A stretch of 64,000 nt of DNA from Lama guanicoe (Eukaryota), in assembly GCA_013239625.1 (NCBI GenBank), contig MU056756.1, positions 496,001 through 560,000 on the forward strand, given 5' to 3'. Below, one piece after another: positions 38,301 to 51,213 of the stretch. The first letter of the stretch is position 1. Every line of letters starts with the position of its first letter. A model generated the notes under the pieces. The model worked only from the letters and a program-made list of their open reading frames with translations, was not told where the DNA came from and made no database searches. A program made the translations under genes and the position numbers.

Positions 38301-41087
38301 GGACAGAACGATGATTCTCTCCGGGTCCCAGAGAGGAGGATGGTTTCCAAGGACAGCCTGCAGTTGGGCAGCCCATCTACACGCCTGGTCATCGCCGCAG
38401 TGAGCCTCCCCTCTCCGCCTCCTGACTGTTGATGATTCAAGGCCGGCAAGGGTTTCTGAGTCTCCAGGGTGAGGTTTGGTTTTTACGGCTCTTCGGGGCC
38501 CACGTGCGACATCCATGAATTTGTCTCTGCATTTTCCTGGAAGACGGGGGAGTGGGAGATGGGACTGGTCCAGGACGGCCTGTCTTTCTTTGTGATGTTC
38601 AGGGTCACAGCGTCACCAGGCAGCGCTCCGTGCGTGGGACGGGCCTGCACACATGCGCACACACACACACACTTTTTGCTTTAAAACAGCTTAAACCAAG
38701 AAAGAAAGAAAGAGTTACTTGAAGCAAACATGCTGGATGGCTGACCTGTTGACTGGCCCACTGGATCATTTATAAGTAATTTGCCAAAGTGGAGAGTTGG
38801 TGTTGACAAAATCAAATCAAAAAACCACAGAAATGTAAGACAATGGATCAGCGTGTCTGGAAGGTCTCTGGGTGTGGGTTTCACATGCTTCTGCGTGGTT
38901 GCCAAGTGAGGCCACGAGACCATGAGACCACTGACCAGGCCACGAGCCCACATAGGCCTGAGCTGGGGAGGAAATGCACTTTTCCCTCCCATGGCAAAGC
39001 CTTTAACAGAAGAGTCTCAGGAGGAAGAGTCAGGGTTAGGTAAGTTAGCTGGATTTCATTCTCTGAGGCACTAAATTCTCAGAAAATAAATTTTAAGAAC
39101 CTCTGATTCCTTGGCCAGGCCAGAAATTAAACTCATCTCGGGCGCCTCCTCTGACCCCAGCTTCTGTCCTCCCGGACAGACCGGCCGCGGTCCCCTGGCC
39201 ACATCTCTGGATGTCTCTGGGGAATCTCAGGAGCTTTTCTGAGGAAATGATCGAATCCAGCTTTATGAATCATCACTGCAGGATCTGCCCCACCCTGCGG
39301 GGCTCCATGGATTTCCGGATAAACTGTCAACGAGCTTATCACAGCTCGGACTGTTGTCACTTTAGAAGTGCTGGTTTTCCGCAGCCAGACCCTGGTTCGT
39401 GGGTTAAAAGATGAGGAGGTCCAGAATTCAGCAGAATTCAGAAAAGAAACTTGAAGGGTGATTCTGTTAAGAGGCCAAAATGAGTTCCGTAGACCCTTGT
39501 TGGCCAGAAACACTTGAAAAGAAAGAAAACTCTAAACCTGGTGGCTCAGGCCTGCAGTGGGAGTCTCTGTCCCCGAGAGCCCGAGGACCCCGAATGTCCT
39601 TCCTGGGGCATCGACTCTGTCGTTGATGATGGCCTGGAACTCCGGTCTGGGAACTCAGAGAGGGTCAGACGGGCTTGGAAGCGTCGGGGTCCCTGCTCAC
39701 TCCACCGGGGAAGCTCGCAGGCCCAGGTCTAAGCAGCAGGACTTTCTGTTCAAAGTGGCTGAAGCATGTGATGTAAACCATGCATATCGCCAGCTCAGAA
39801 CCTCCTACGGGATCTCCGTGAAAATCAAAGCCTCCCTGACCTCCCGTAAGCATTTGAGGGACGGGGGCGGTGATGGGTCATCGCGTGTGCCGAGATTTCC
39901 CAGGCCACACGCGGAGGCACCAGACCAGCGAAATTCTGGCAACAGAAAGCTGATTGACCCTTTAGCGGCTCATCGAGTTTCCCTCCCTGACCGCCCCGCC
40001 GTTTTCCTCGCCAGCGTCTGCCCTGTTGGAGCTTTGTTTGCCGCCGTGGTTACAGTGTCAATAAGGAGGCGTTGTCTTAAATTTTGATGAGAATGAATAA
40101 ATCGAGGGTGAAAATGACCCATTAAGGTCAGGCGTTTCCACGGTGTCTTTCACGGAGCCGCAGAGAACCGGGTGGGCACTCGATACGCCCTGACAGGAGG
40201 CTGCAGGACTGAGCCAGGAAATGGGGATGGTTTTAATGCAGCCACCCTGTCATTTTTCTGTTTAAAAAAGATGGTTTCTGTCTTCCTTTCCTCTTGTCTT
40301 GCCAGGTAATTATGACACGCTTTTGAGTGTAATTTAGAGCGGGTTGACTGGCCAGACCTGCTCTGCACTGTAAACACGGTTGACGAGTTGCAGGCTTTTG
40401 TCTAGCTTTCCCACCCAGAGCACAGCAGGACTTGGCCATCACTCAGATGCCGTGCGTTCTGCAGGCTCGTGGGGAGCCGTTTAGAGTGGAACGGCCACGG
40501 TGCTCTGTGCGGGACCGGGAAGTGGAACAGGCTTGTTTCCAGCAGGACGTTCAGGCCGTGAACGTTTCTGCAGTAGAGATGACTGATGAGGTCGGGAGGA
40601 GGCCGCGCCCCTGGGTCAGTATGTGGGAAGATGGTTCCCTGGGGCCGGTGCCTCCTGGTCCCCCTGGAGACGCCCGAGCCCAGCTGCCCAAGGGTGGGTG
40701 TGGCCTCCGGCCCAGACGGAGGACAAGGTCAGGTGGGCCACAGGAGATCAGTAAGCAGACGGCACCTGTCTTCAAGATCGCGGCTGTTTTGTGTTCTTCC
40801 GGACTCCCTCCCGCTGTGGGCCCTCGTTGCCAGGCCCCCTGCTCAGGCCAGGCCTCCTCCTGTGGCTCGGCCTCACGCTGGAAGGGAGGTGACAGAGGAG
40901 TGGCATCTTCCAAGAGCTGTTTGGGTTTTTGTGGAGAAGTCGGCATCCAGGGAGGAAACCGAGGATGAGGGTGTGTTGGTGCCAGATGCTTCGCTGAGGG
41001 GCGTCCTGTGGGCTTTTCTCACCTCGTCTGTGAAATGACCCTGGGACTTCCTGCTGTTGGCCTCATTTGGGGGCTTTGGGGGGCCCG

Positions 41088-41155
41088 TCAGGCTTAAGTT
41101 ACTTGCCCCAAGCATACAGCTAGGAGCGCTTCTGCCTGGATCTGAGCAGGCCAGC
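41088..41155 (-). mobile_element. MIR core fragment
   Basis: ggcttaagttacttgccccaagcatacagctagg matches the MIR core (ggttaagtaacttgcccaaggtcacacagctagt). Confidence 0.5.
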
Positions 41156-44100
41156 CCTCAAGGGAGGGCAGAGGAGCCGTGGTCCGCGTGCTCCCGGAAG
41201 GGTGTCTGCAGAAAGTAGGGAGCTGAGGCAGGTGGAGCCAGAAAGTGTGTGTGGGACCAGGTGGGGACGCTCAGTTCAGAGCTGGGGAAGTCTGTTTACT
41301 GTGATTCAGAGAGGATGCGGCGCTGTGACATGGGTGGAGTCCATCATGTCCCAGCAGTTCTGAGAGTGGTCACCTGGAGAGGGGAAGGTCCTCAGGGGGT
41401 GGGGTGTCTGCTCAGCATCTCCCAGGCCAGCCGGGTGCTGTCCTCAGGAACAGGGGCCCCTATGCCCCTCAGCCCCCGGCCCCAGGGCTGCTCATCGGTG
41501 CCCGCCATCCAGCACTGTGGCTCTTCCAACTCAAAAGAGTGAAGGGCTTCCTGCCAAATGGGATAAAGCTGCCAGGGTTTTCATGACAGAAAGCACAAAT
41601 TGCTGAAGGCAAGATCACTGCCAGCAAGCCAAGCGGCTGAGAGTCATGCATTTGTGTCGCAAACAGGGCATTAAAATGCACACGTTCCTGCAGCTGCTGG
41701 TCTCCTGAAGCACTACCAGGTGCAACAGTCAGCGTCCCCTGTCCCCGAAGGTCACCAGGTGACCCGGGAGACCAGCTGTTTTGGGGCGGCCAAGCTGCTG
41801 CAGCCTGGACTGGCCACTGCTGTCTGGGGTTTAGGGCAAGGACTACGTGATTCGTTAAACCAGGATCAGCCTGCGATCCGAGTGCTTTAAAATGAATTGC
41901 AATCCAGGGGCTGCCGTGAATCCTTGTGCTTGTTTGGTTTCCTGGGGGAAAACCTGATGTGGGAGGTGTCTGAAAGAAGCAGGGTGATGCCAGGGTGTGG
42001 GCTGTCCACGCACAGTGGTCACCTCATCATCATCGTTTCTGACAAGAGCGGTTCACTTTTGCTAATATCTGGAGGAGTGGGTGGGGGGTAGTGAGCGACG
42101 GCCAGGCCTGGGGCGGGCAGCGAGTTCAGCTTCATGGCCACGGGGCACCGACGGTGGGTCTGGAACGAGACGCAGGCTCTGAAACAGTCCAGCACAAGCC
42201 AAATCCCGCTTCCTTCCATTAGAAAACAGGAGCGGACGTGACACTTTGGCCGTGAAATGCTTTAAGACAGAGGTCTGTGTCGTGAATTGTGTACAGTAAC
42301 TGGATTTTTTCAAGTCTGGGTAACAACTAAACATAACACACTTCCACTGCAGAGCTAAGCGTACCTTTAGACCACCTGTCCTACAGAGTCGCTGTGCCAG
42401 CGTCTCACAGAGCCACACAGAGGGCGCTGGTCCTGCAAACTCCTGTGACCGGACTCCCCTCCAGGCCCCGTGGTCGCTGCTTCGTGTCACTTTCTTGCTG
42501 GACTGTGGCCCTTCGAGGGCCTGGATCCCTCGGGGTCCCAGGCCGGCCCCAGCGCCCGTCGGCAGGTGTGGGTTGGACGTGCGAGGGGGTGGGGTTTCGG
42601 GGCTGAGTGTGGACGGCTGTGTGACTGCATCCTTGACGCACAGCCAGCAGGCTGGCCAGCGGGACCTGTCCCCGGGTCCTCCCCCTCAAGTCCCTTCCCA
42701 GGAAGCACTAGGTTTGGTGGCATAGCAAAGGTGAACATCGCACCTTCTGAAAGATGCTTTACATGGGGAATCTCAATCGTTGTAGGCAAGTCCGTGATGA
42801 GGCAGGTTCCAGCACAGGATGTCCTGCAGGGCTCTCGGGTCGGCCACCCAGAGGGGCTGCTGGGTGGCTCAGACCCTCCACGCTGTGCTCCGCGGTGCCC
42901 GCAGGAAGCCTGTCCCCTGGGTGCGGAGAGTCCCCAGACGTGGCCACAGGGGGACAGGCTCCAATGCTGACGGGGAGAGGCTGACGGCCTCTGTTTGCAC
43001 TTGAGTGGGAATGAATTTAGCACATTTATTTTCTGAGCCCAGATTTCTGTGCAGGAAAAGGAGTTTTAAAGAGGAACTGGGATCGTGGACAGTGAAAGTG
43101 GCATTTCCTCCCCACTTTTCCAAAGACGGATCCTAGTCCTCGCAGCCACCTAAGCCCAGATTAGCTGCACCGCTTCAGCAAACGGAAGAGCAGTGAAAGC
43201 CGCGTGCAGAACAGGGACGGAGCCACTCCTGCCCCCGGCCGTCTAGTCCCGACAGGGAAGCAAACACCGATCCTGGCCCTGCTGGACCGAGTATTTCTGC
43301 CATCTCTTTGGTGCTTATAAAGTGCACGCTGGCTGGTTGAAGCCAACCTGGGAAGCGCAGAAAGAGGAAAATCAAACGTGGCCGTAATTCCTCCGGTGGA
43401 GTCAGTCACCGTTGGCATCTGGGTAACCTGCCCCCAGTCTATTTTTCCAGAGCAAACGAGAACTGTAACGTAGCCAGAGTCTGCGTGTTGCTCTCTCACT
43501 CAGCATCACGTTGGGGATTTCTAAAATGGTTAAAAACTCTCTAGCATTCTGTGTTGTGATTGTTCCGTAATTTATTTAACCATTCTGCTTTAATTGGATA
43601 TTTGAAAACCAACGCTTGCCAGTTTTTAAAAGGGAAAGAAAAACGGGACGTCACTCCTTACCCTCAAGTCATTTGCACAAAATCCAGGAAAAGGCACAGA
43701 ATAATTGGAGCTCCCACCCCTCCTGCCTCGTCAGACCCGTCCCCCGGGTGGGGGGCGTCCCTCTGCAGGGTGCAGGAGGGAGGCGCCACCAGAAACTCCC
43801 CGACTGCAGAAAATGAAGACAAGATGGCAAACAAAGGATTTTCGGGTTTTTACAAGTGAACGTTGAGGCTTTTTATTACATCGGTATGCCTGAAGATCTC
43901 CCCTCGGAAAGCAGCTGGCATCACAAAGAAAGTGGGACAGAGTTCTTCCCGATGGAGAATCCCACTCCTCGTCCTGGGACGAGGCCGCAGCCCCCCGGGG
44001 GTGCTGGCGGGCCGCGCGGGCTCCGTGGGCGCTGGAGGGTCAGGTCTCCTGCTCTTAGTCGGGGGAGGGGAGGGTGGGATGGGGCCTTTAACACACTGCT

Positions 44101-46499
44101 CTTGTTCATTCCGCGAAGTCGGCCGTTCTCAGCCCAGCGCGCAGGAGTCGCCCCTGGAGTGAGGTGAACTGACCCCGGGCCACCCACAAACTCGGGGAGT
44201 GAGGCAGGAGCCCCTGCGTCCTTCTCAAAGGATGCCCCCAGGGTACTGAGGCAGATTTAGCAAATCAAGGCACAGAATGCCGTGTGTAAGTTTGGATGTC
44301 AGATGCACAGCTGGGGGCAGACTGCAGGACTGCTGTTTATCTGAAATTCAGATCTGACTGGCGTCCCAGACCTCACGTGGCCGCCCCACCCAGGCACGTC
44401 TGACGCACCAGCAGCAAACCCCGCCGGAGACGAAGGGTGTGTCTGGTTTCTTCATCGTTCCAGCCCATCTCTCATCTCCAAGACGATCACATAGCAGAGG
44501 GACCAGGCAGCAGTAACTTCTGCTGCGAAGGCCAGCTCTTCCTGAGCTGCATAAAATGCCCTTTGTTCCATCTTTAAAATTATATTTGAAACATGGTGGA
44601 CGTGTTTTCCGGCAAACTTCAGTGTAAAACCTCATTAAATCCCGATGGTCGTGCAAAAGATTTGACCCTACATTCATTTGGAATTTAGATTTCAGACACA
44701 TTTTATAGAAAGTAATTAATGTCACTTTGGAAGTGAATTGTGTTCAGGCTGAACAGCAGACAGATACAGTTTCATCTTGAAGCTTTCAGATATTTAAATG
44801 AGAAAGCCTGCCTTTTACTTCCACATTTTTACATTTTTTTCCCCGAGTCTAGAGAAATGCAGAGTTAAGTGCGTGTTGCTCTTTGTTGTAAGTGGGTGTC
44901 TCTGGAAGATGATTTTGTGGTTTGCTCGAATGCGGGGTGGTGGCTGACTTCACATGGTAAGGTCCTCAAAGCTGGCAGACCAGGGATGGGGGCGCCTCCC
45001 CTGCTTCAGGTGAGCAGGGGAGGATGCCGACACCCGAGGTCGGGGCTTCTGCTGCCACCTGCTCGGGGAGCCTGTGTCCCCACCCTGTGTCCAGGGGGCT
45101 GCCTCCCGTGACTCCTCTCAGCCTGACTTAGGTGACATTCAACTGAGAGTGGAAATTCTGCAGACTTCAGGGCAGCGTCTGCTGAGACTTGATCCTGGGT
45201 CCAAAATAAAATTATGAGCATTTTTACGAGTTTCAAAGAAAAGCCATTAGTAACAGTTCCGGCGGTGCCTGGCTGCCGGCTGGAGGCGCAGCTGTGCCTG
45301 GAACGGAGGAGGAGGGGACCCTGCAGCTAATCAGTGTCTTTGTCCTCGTGGAGCAGAGATGAATCCTTAATTTAAGCAGCTTCAGATCCTGTCATTAGGG
45401 AAACGGCTGAAATATAGCGCTTTTTGCCGAAGTAAACTTTTAAAGAACAAGAAAAAGCTAGAAACTGGGCAAACTGTCAGGTCGTCAAACTTTGTGGATC
45501 GCTCCTTCCACGAACTGAATTAACGGATTATCTCCAGGGTGCGTCCAGAAGTGTCACGCCTGGAGCCAGGACGCCACGCACCCTGGAGATGCCCGTGGTC
45601 ACTGCCCTGCGGTCACCCTGCGCGAGGTCATCACAGGTCACTCTGTGAGCTCTGTGTCCTGTGTCCCTTGTGCCCACAGGGAGCTTGCTGTCTGCAGTCA
45701 CATGATCAGGAAGCATTTCCACAAGCAGAGGTTCTAACTTGACCGCACCCCATCTCCTCCTTTAGATAGACGGCTGAAAGGAGAGCTCCCCGGGGAGACT
45801 GAAACGGGACGTTCTCTCCAGACGAGAGGAAACGCCAGGCCTGAGGCGCGTGCTGGGACCGGGACGTGGCAGGCTCGGCCCTGCGGGAGGGCTGGCAGGT
45901 GTCTCCCGGGACGAACGTGCAACGTGAGCGCGGGGTTCAGTCGTCTGGGGGACGGACTGAGGACGCAGCCCGGCAGACGCCCCCTCAGCGGCTCCGAGGA
46001 GCTGCTCGGAGCAGGCGGCGGGGAGGGCCACGTGTATGGCCAGGTTTTGGCAAAGGGAGCGTGCAGCCAAGCACGCGTCATCACGAGGAGGGAGCGTCCC
46101 AGTTAATGGTTTTAGTGCTTTTGTAAGTATGGGAAGACACAAGAGTTTGGGTTCAAACACTTTTCTCCTGAAAGTGGCCACCCGAAGGCCTGCTCTGCGG
46201 CTTCCCCAGAGCGCAGAGCGCCCCGCTCCCGGCCTCCGCCCTGAGCCCCTTGCAGAGGGGGTTGCGGGTCCGCGGCTGCGCGGCTCGTGACTCCACCTCT
46301 GAAGAGCCGATGGCGAGCGACATCCTTCAGCTGGCGGATGGGTCAGAGGTGGGAGGGAGCGCCAAGCCAGCGGGACCAGGCGGCTCAGATGATGCAGGGC
46401 CAGGAAGCCCCGAGGGTGGAGCCTGGGGTGGGGGCGGGAGAGCCCGGCTGGTCCCTGGGCTTGGGCGAAGAGGGACAGAGAGGAAGTGGCCGTCAGAGG

Positions 46500-47430
46500 C
46501 ACGGTGCCCCGGCCGGACCCAGCGGCACGGCTGCTCGGGGTGGCACCGATGGAGGGTCTTGGGGACCCAGATCCAGTCGCAGAAGCCTCGCTTTCTGCCC
46601 CGTCAGCCCCAGCGTGAGCGCCGCTCCTCTCCTGGGGTCCCCGGGCGCCGCATGTCCTGGGGGCCCGGGTCTGCGGCGAGGCCTCGAGGGCTGCGCGGCG
46701 GCGGGGGAGCGGACGCCGCAGCCCGTCCGCGCCTTGACGCCAGCTCTCCCGGATCGGGATAGCGTCCGTCCTGTGTCACGCTTGGGGCTCTGCGTGTGTT
46801 TCGTTTGAAGACTGGGGCCGCACGACTCAACAGCACCGCCGGAAATGACGGTGTGGTGGGGGCGGTGGGCTTGTCGCCCACGCGCGCTGGACTGTGGCCG
46901 CTGGTTGGGGAGGGCCGCCCGCAGGGAGCCGGGGGGGAGGGGGCGGCTCTGCGCGTGAGGGGAAGCGCCGTCCGTCCGTCCGGAGCCGCCCGCGGGGGGA
47001 GGCGCGGCTGCCGCTTTCCCTCGCGGCTGTGAGGTGATGGGCGCTGTGCGCCTGCGCGCCGGGAAGGCCGGTGTTCCCCGCAGCCGTCCCCGTCCCTGTG
47101 TCAGCTTTGCTTTCCCTTCTGGCCCGTCCGTCGCTGCCTTGTTGTTGCTTCCAAGTGGGCGCGGCTCAGAGGCAGCTCCTCCTCAAAAGGTGCAGTTTGT
47201 GCTTGTGCGGCGGAGGGTGTGAACCGCAGGGCTGCGGGCGCTTCCCCCGTGTCTCGTCCGAGCCTTGCGGTGGGCGCCCAAGGTCAGCGCTTGGCGGAGC
47301 GAGCGCCGTTCAGTGCAGGTGCCGCCAGACGACTGAGAGCCCGGGGCGTCTGTCAGGGCGGGCTCCGCCCCGGGAATCTGCCCCCCGTGGGGCGGGCTCG
47401 GCCCCGGGAATCTGCCCCTGTGGGACTTGA
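46500..47430. promoter_or_regulatory. CpG-island-like, promoter-like element about 4 kb upstream of the 66-nt exon
   Basis: Dense CpG and G-runs, ETS/CRE-half composite CCGGAAATGACG (46839-46850), several GGGCGG boxes, and NRF1-like TGCGCCTGCGCG (47047-47058). Confidence 0.55.
47356..47422. repeat. Tandem duplication, 2 copies with 34-bp period (gggcgggctcSgccccgggaatctgcccc...gtg)
   Basis: Copies start at 47356 and 47390. Confidence 0.85.
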
Positions 47431-47839
47431 GGAAGCCACCGCCTCCCAAGGGCTTGATTTCTGCTTCCACCAGGCCGGGGGCTGAGTCCTTCTAACTGCG
47501 GAGGGTCGGGCGTGAAGTGAGGTCAGCTGTGCACACAAAGCACCCTGGACGGTGCGGACGGGGCTCGGCCACCACGGCCCGACCTCGGGCTGCCTGACAA
47601 GCAGGAAGCTGGATTCTTCCAGGCAGGTGGGCCTGCCTGGAGCTCAGCTGCCCCCGATCACTTCTCTCATGAACTCTGCCTCTATATTTGGAGGATTTTA
47701 ATTCATTTCATTGTCAGTCCAAGGAAACCCTGTTGAGGAAGTTCAGTGCAGTGTTTCCTCTAAATCAGACCCTTTGGTCGCAGTGGAAGCATCTCACCAA
47801 CTCTGGGAGAAGAGGGAGCCAGCAGGTGTGTTGTGACTG

Positions 47840-47913
47840 TGAGTCCCCCGGTGACACAGTGGCCTCTGCAGTCCTCACCCCTGACTGAGTCCCCTGGTGA
47901 CACAGTGGCCTCT
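47840..47913. repeat. Direct repeat, 2 x 28 bp with 46-bp period (tgagtccccYggtgacacagtggcctct)
   Basis: Copies at 47840-47867 and 47886-47913, with one mismatch. Confidence 0.85.
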
Positions 47914-50900
47914 CTGGCCCCCAGTGTCGTCACTGCACAATGTTGGTGCCACAGCCACCTGCACATGTGTGTGGGTACTGACCCTACTGAGCATGAGGAA
48001 CCCCAGTGCTGGCCCTGTCCCCCAGGATGTGAGTGGTGCGCACACCCGTGACCAGTGGAGGCAGAACCGCCATCCCCGAGTGATGGCAGTGCCTGTGTTC
48101 TGTTCTCCATTCTCACCAGTTCGCTCAGATAGCTTCACAAGCTCCCAGGTGCGGCGTGCAGGGTGGCCGTCTGTCTGGGGTGTGCAGGTGATTTCAGGTA
48201 CGTGCCCCCCCGTTCCCTTGGTGGCGGATCAGCTCCCTCTCAGCTCCACCAGCTGCCTTTGACCCTCTGCATGCGGATTTTCCGGCTGCAGCCACATTTG
48301 GGAGGAGCAGGGAGCCCATGCAGAGTGAGAGGCGGGCCCTCTTTACATACGATTCACCCAGAGGTGGTTACCTTATGGCTGGGTCAATATAGAGTTTTGA
48401 CATATAAAAAAATTAACCATAAAGTGAATTCATCTGGAGAGGACTATAACTCCTGTGTGCAGTCAGGGGTCCCATGGGGGTCGTGGCAGCAAAAGGCTGT
48501 CTCCCTGGTGAAGACCAGGACTCACTAGGTGCGTGCAGAGGGGTCAGTGGGTGGTTTCCAGACATCTTCAGTCAGTGGCAGGTGTCAGTTTGGGGAAGAA
48601 ACTGCAGCGGGAACTTGAATGTGGCATCAGATGCAGGCGCTCTTGGTCCTACGGCGTGGCTTGTCACACGTGTCCGCCGCACACTGGCTGCCCCAGCCCT
48701 CCGGCTGTGCTGGGTCCGTGGGGATGGAGGCCAGTGAGGACGGGGCTCACAGTGCCCAGATCCACGTGTGGCACTGAACTGCCACCTCACACCCCAGCCA
48801 GGCTGCTCCCAGCACCCTGCTCGCCTGTCAGCGCTGGCGGGCAGCCACTCCTCTCCTTAGTCCGAGCTGGGGTAGAGAGACCAGGAGAGTGAGTACCCTG
48901 AGTCTGGGAGCTGGCGGTGGGGCCGCCTGCGCTGAGCGGCGATGCTCTGAGAGCTGTCAGAGCAGGACACGCTCGTGTGCCCCGCCCGCCTCCTCCCCGG
49001 GCCCACGGCTCAGACACCGAGGGCGTCGGGCCTGCCTGTGTGCGCTCTGCGCCGTGGCAGGAATAGGGCAGAAACAGAAACTCTGAGCTGAAGAGACAAA
49101 GCTGTCGGATGCGGGAGGATCGCAGCCACTAATGACACTGACATGCACTTCGAATGGCACCCGATCAGGGAAAACCAGACACGGAAGCGTGGGGGTCGCT
49201 GACCCTCGACCCGTGCTCAGGGTGCTCGGCTGACAGGTTCTGCCAGACTGAAGCCCCTCCTGGGCCCACTCCACCCCGACCTGATGAAGGGCAGAGCCGA
49301 GGTGGGACGGCAGGGATCACGTCCTTCCTTCAAGGTCAGGGCCAACCCTCGCACGGCCGCGTGTCTCCGTCGGAGTGTTGTTCTCCGTGTCCCGAGGCCC
49401 TGCCTCTTGTGAAGGGCAGGGTGCTCGCTCTGGGCTCTGTCCGTCCGTCCGTCCGTCCACCTGTCCGTGTCTTCCTGTGCTGAGTGTCTGTGTCAGCTGC
49501 GCACCGTCCTTGTGGTCCAACACTGTGACGTCAGCTCACCGTCACGTTCCCGCCGCCAGCCTCGTCCTTTCTCCCGTGTCTGCGTGTTTGAGGAGAGCGA
49601 GTGGGAGCTGACATCCCAGAGGCCTTGGGCGTCTCCTGGTTCTGTTCCAGGCCACCTTGTGAGGACTGGCTTCAAGTGAACAAGACTGGCCACGTGAACG
49701 CCGTCTCCCTGGCAACCATATTTAATTAGCACCGAGTGTCAAATTGCATTATGTTCTTCTCAGTGTGGTCGTCTGGCCGGCCAACTTTGTGGTGGACAGC
49801 TTGTGAGCACGAAAGCACGACTTCGAATGTGCAGAAAGTGCTCTTAATCACCAGCACTGGGGCACAGCTGAATTAGGTGAAATGGTTCAAATAAGCTCAT
49901 TTGTAAACTACCCCAGTCCAGACAGACACTTGTGGCATACAAATGTGTAACATGTATTTTTAAAGCAGTAACTGGGAGATCCCAAAAGATGAAATTCTAC
50001 CACAAATTTGCCTGAGAAGTGAGCATCCCTCCCCAGGCCCTGTCACTGCCAAACCGTCCACCTCCCTTTCTTAACATCCTGTAAACTTACCGAGGGTGGA
50101 CAAGGCCTATTTGCTGAGTTGAAGATGTTGCAAATGTAAGTAGGCCAACCACACTGCCCTGAAGCAAATCCTTCTGCAGACTGTAACATGGCTAACTGTG
50201 TTTGCTGCTGCCAGAAGGATGTGATTACTGGAATGTTTGCCCAAAGCCTGTTTGAGAATGTTGGAAGCCGTATAAGGGCACGGGAGTCTTCATGTGCTAA
50301 TATATGTAGGATTATGTTCACAGGATGCGTGCCCAGAAGATGCCACACGCATCTGAAACTGACCTGAAACTTGCCGTCTCCGCGTGGAGACCCGCTGTCT
50401 GCACTCCCGCTTTCCACTCAGTGTGGGGCAGACACTCCCTGGGCATCCAGTGGGTCTAAACCGCCCAGCAGTGCAGCCTGCAGAGAAAGGTGCCCGGTTT
50501 GCCGAGCCCAGCCCAGGACGGAAGGCTTCTAGATGTCTCTGTGTCCAGCTCCAGCTGGACTTACAGCACAGGCCTCTGTCTCTTTGGCGTCCTTGCCCCA
50601 TCTGGGAAGGGAGGGCGGGTGCGAGGTGACCCCCAGACCTAAGGAAGCAGTATCAGGGTTTGCAGGCATCACAGACCGAGCAACTGAAAATCAATGCCAG
50701 TGACCTGGAATGTTCTCCCAGCAGAAGGAGAAGGGCCCAGACAAAAGCGACCTAAGATGAGCTCGTACTAAGATTAGAGCAGCCACTGCAGACTTCGGAT
50801 GTTGCTGCCTGAGGCCTCAGAGAGCGTAAGACGTTCTAGACACGAGAAGTCCCGGGGCAGCGCTGGGCCCACGCGGGGTTCAGCTGGACAGCAGGAGTGG

Positions 50901-51213
50901 GGCCAAGTGTGCAGAGTCCTGTTTGAACGCAGACCACGTCTAATAAATCTGAAGCAAACTGAGGAGCCGCCGAGACCGGCGTACACGCCCTGCCTGGGTG
51001 GGGCAGAGGTGCCCCTGCAGCCGCAGGACTGTTCTCAGACAAGGTGGTTCCTGAGGTTTCTGCCCAGAACGCCAGCTCCCAGCAGGGGCGTTCAGGCCAC
51101 AGGGAAAGCGTCTCGCACGTCTACATGTCTGTGGTGGGGAGTGTGGGAGGTGCACTGTGAGACTGAGCCACACCAGAAACACAGTGAAGAGTGACTTTTT
51201 TCTCTCTTTGCAG

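Larger units (their letters stand above)
1..51213 (+). other. DLGAP2: Distal part of the long DLGAP2 intron upstream of the 66-nt exon
   Basis: No recognisable coding exon. The 66-nt exon begins in phase 1 and so needs an upstream coding exon, which I did not find in the window. Unannotated alternative first exons cannot be excluded. Confidence 0.7.

Noticed and set aside
46310-46762. ATG in good Kozak context (gagccgATGG) opening MASDILQLADGSEVGG...
   Set aside because: No similarity to any DLGAP N terminus I know, and no convincing in-phase donor linking it to 51214. Cannot be supported without transcript data.
47536-47556. RE1/REST-like sequence CAAAGCACCCTGGACGGTGCG
   Set aside because: It mismatches the conserved TCAG and GGACAG positions of the consensus, which is too degenerate to call.
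1-51213. Search for the preceding short DLGAP2 coding exon (SQCTLCGEPE-like)
   Set aside because: No match with flanking splice sites was found by eye. It is probably upstream of the window, and tBLASTn would settle this.
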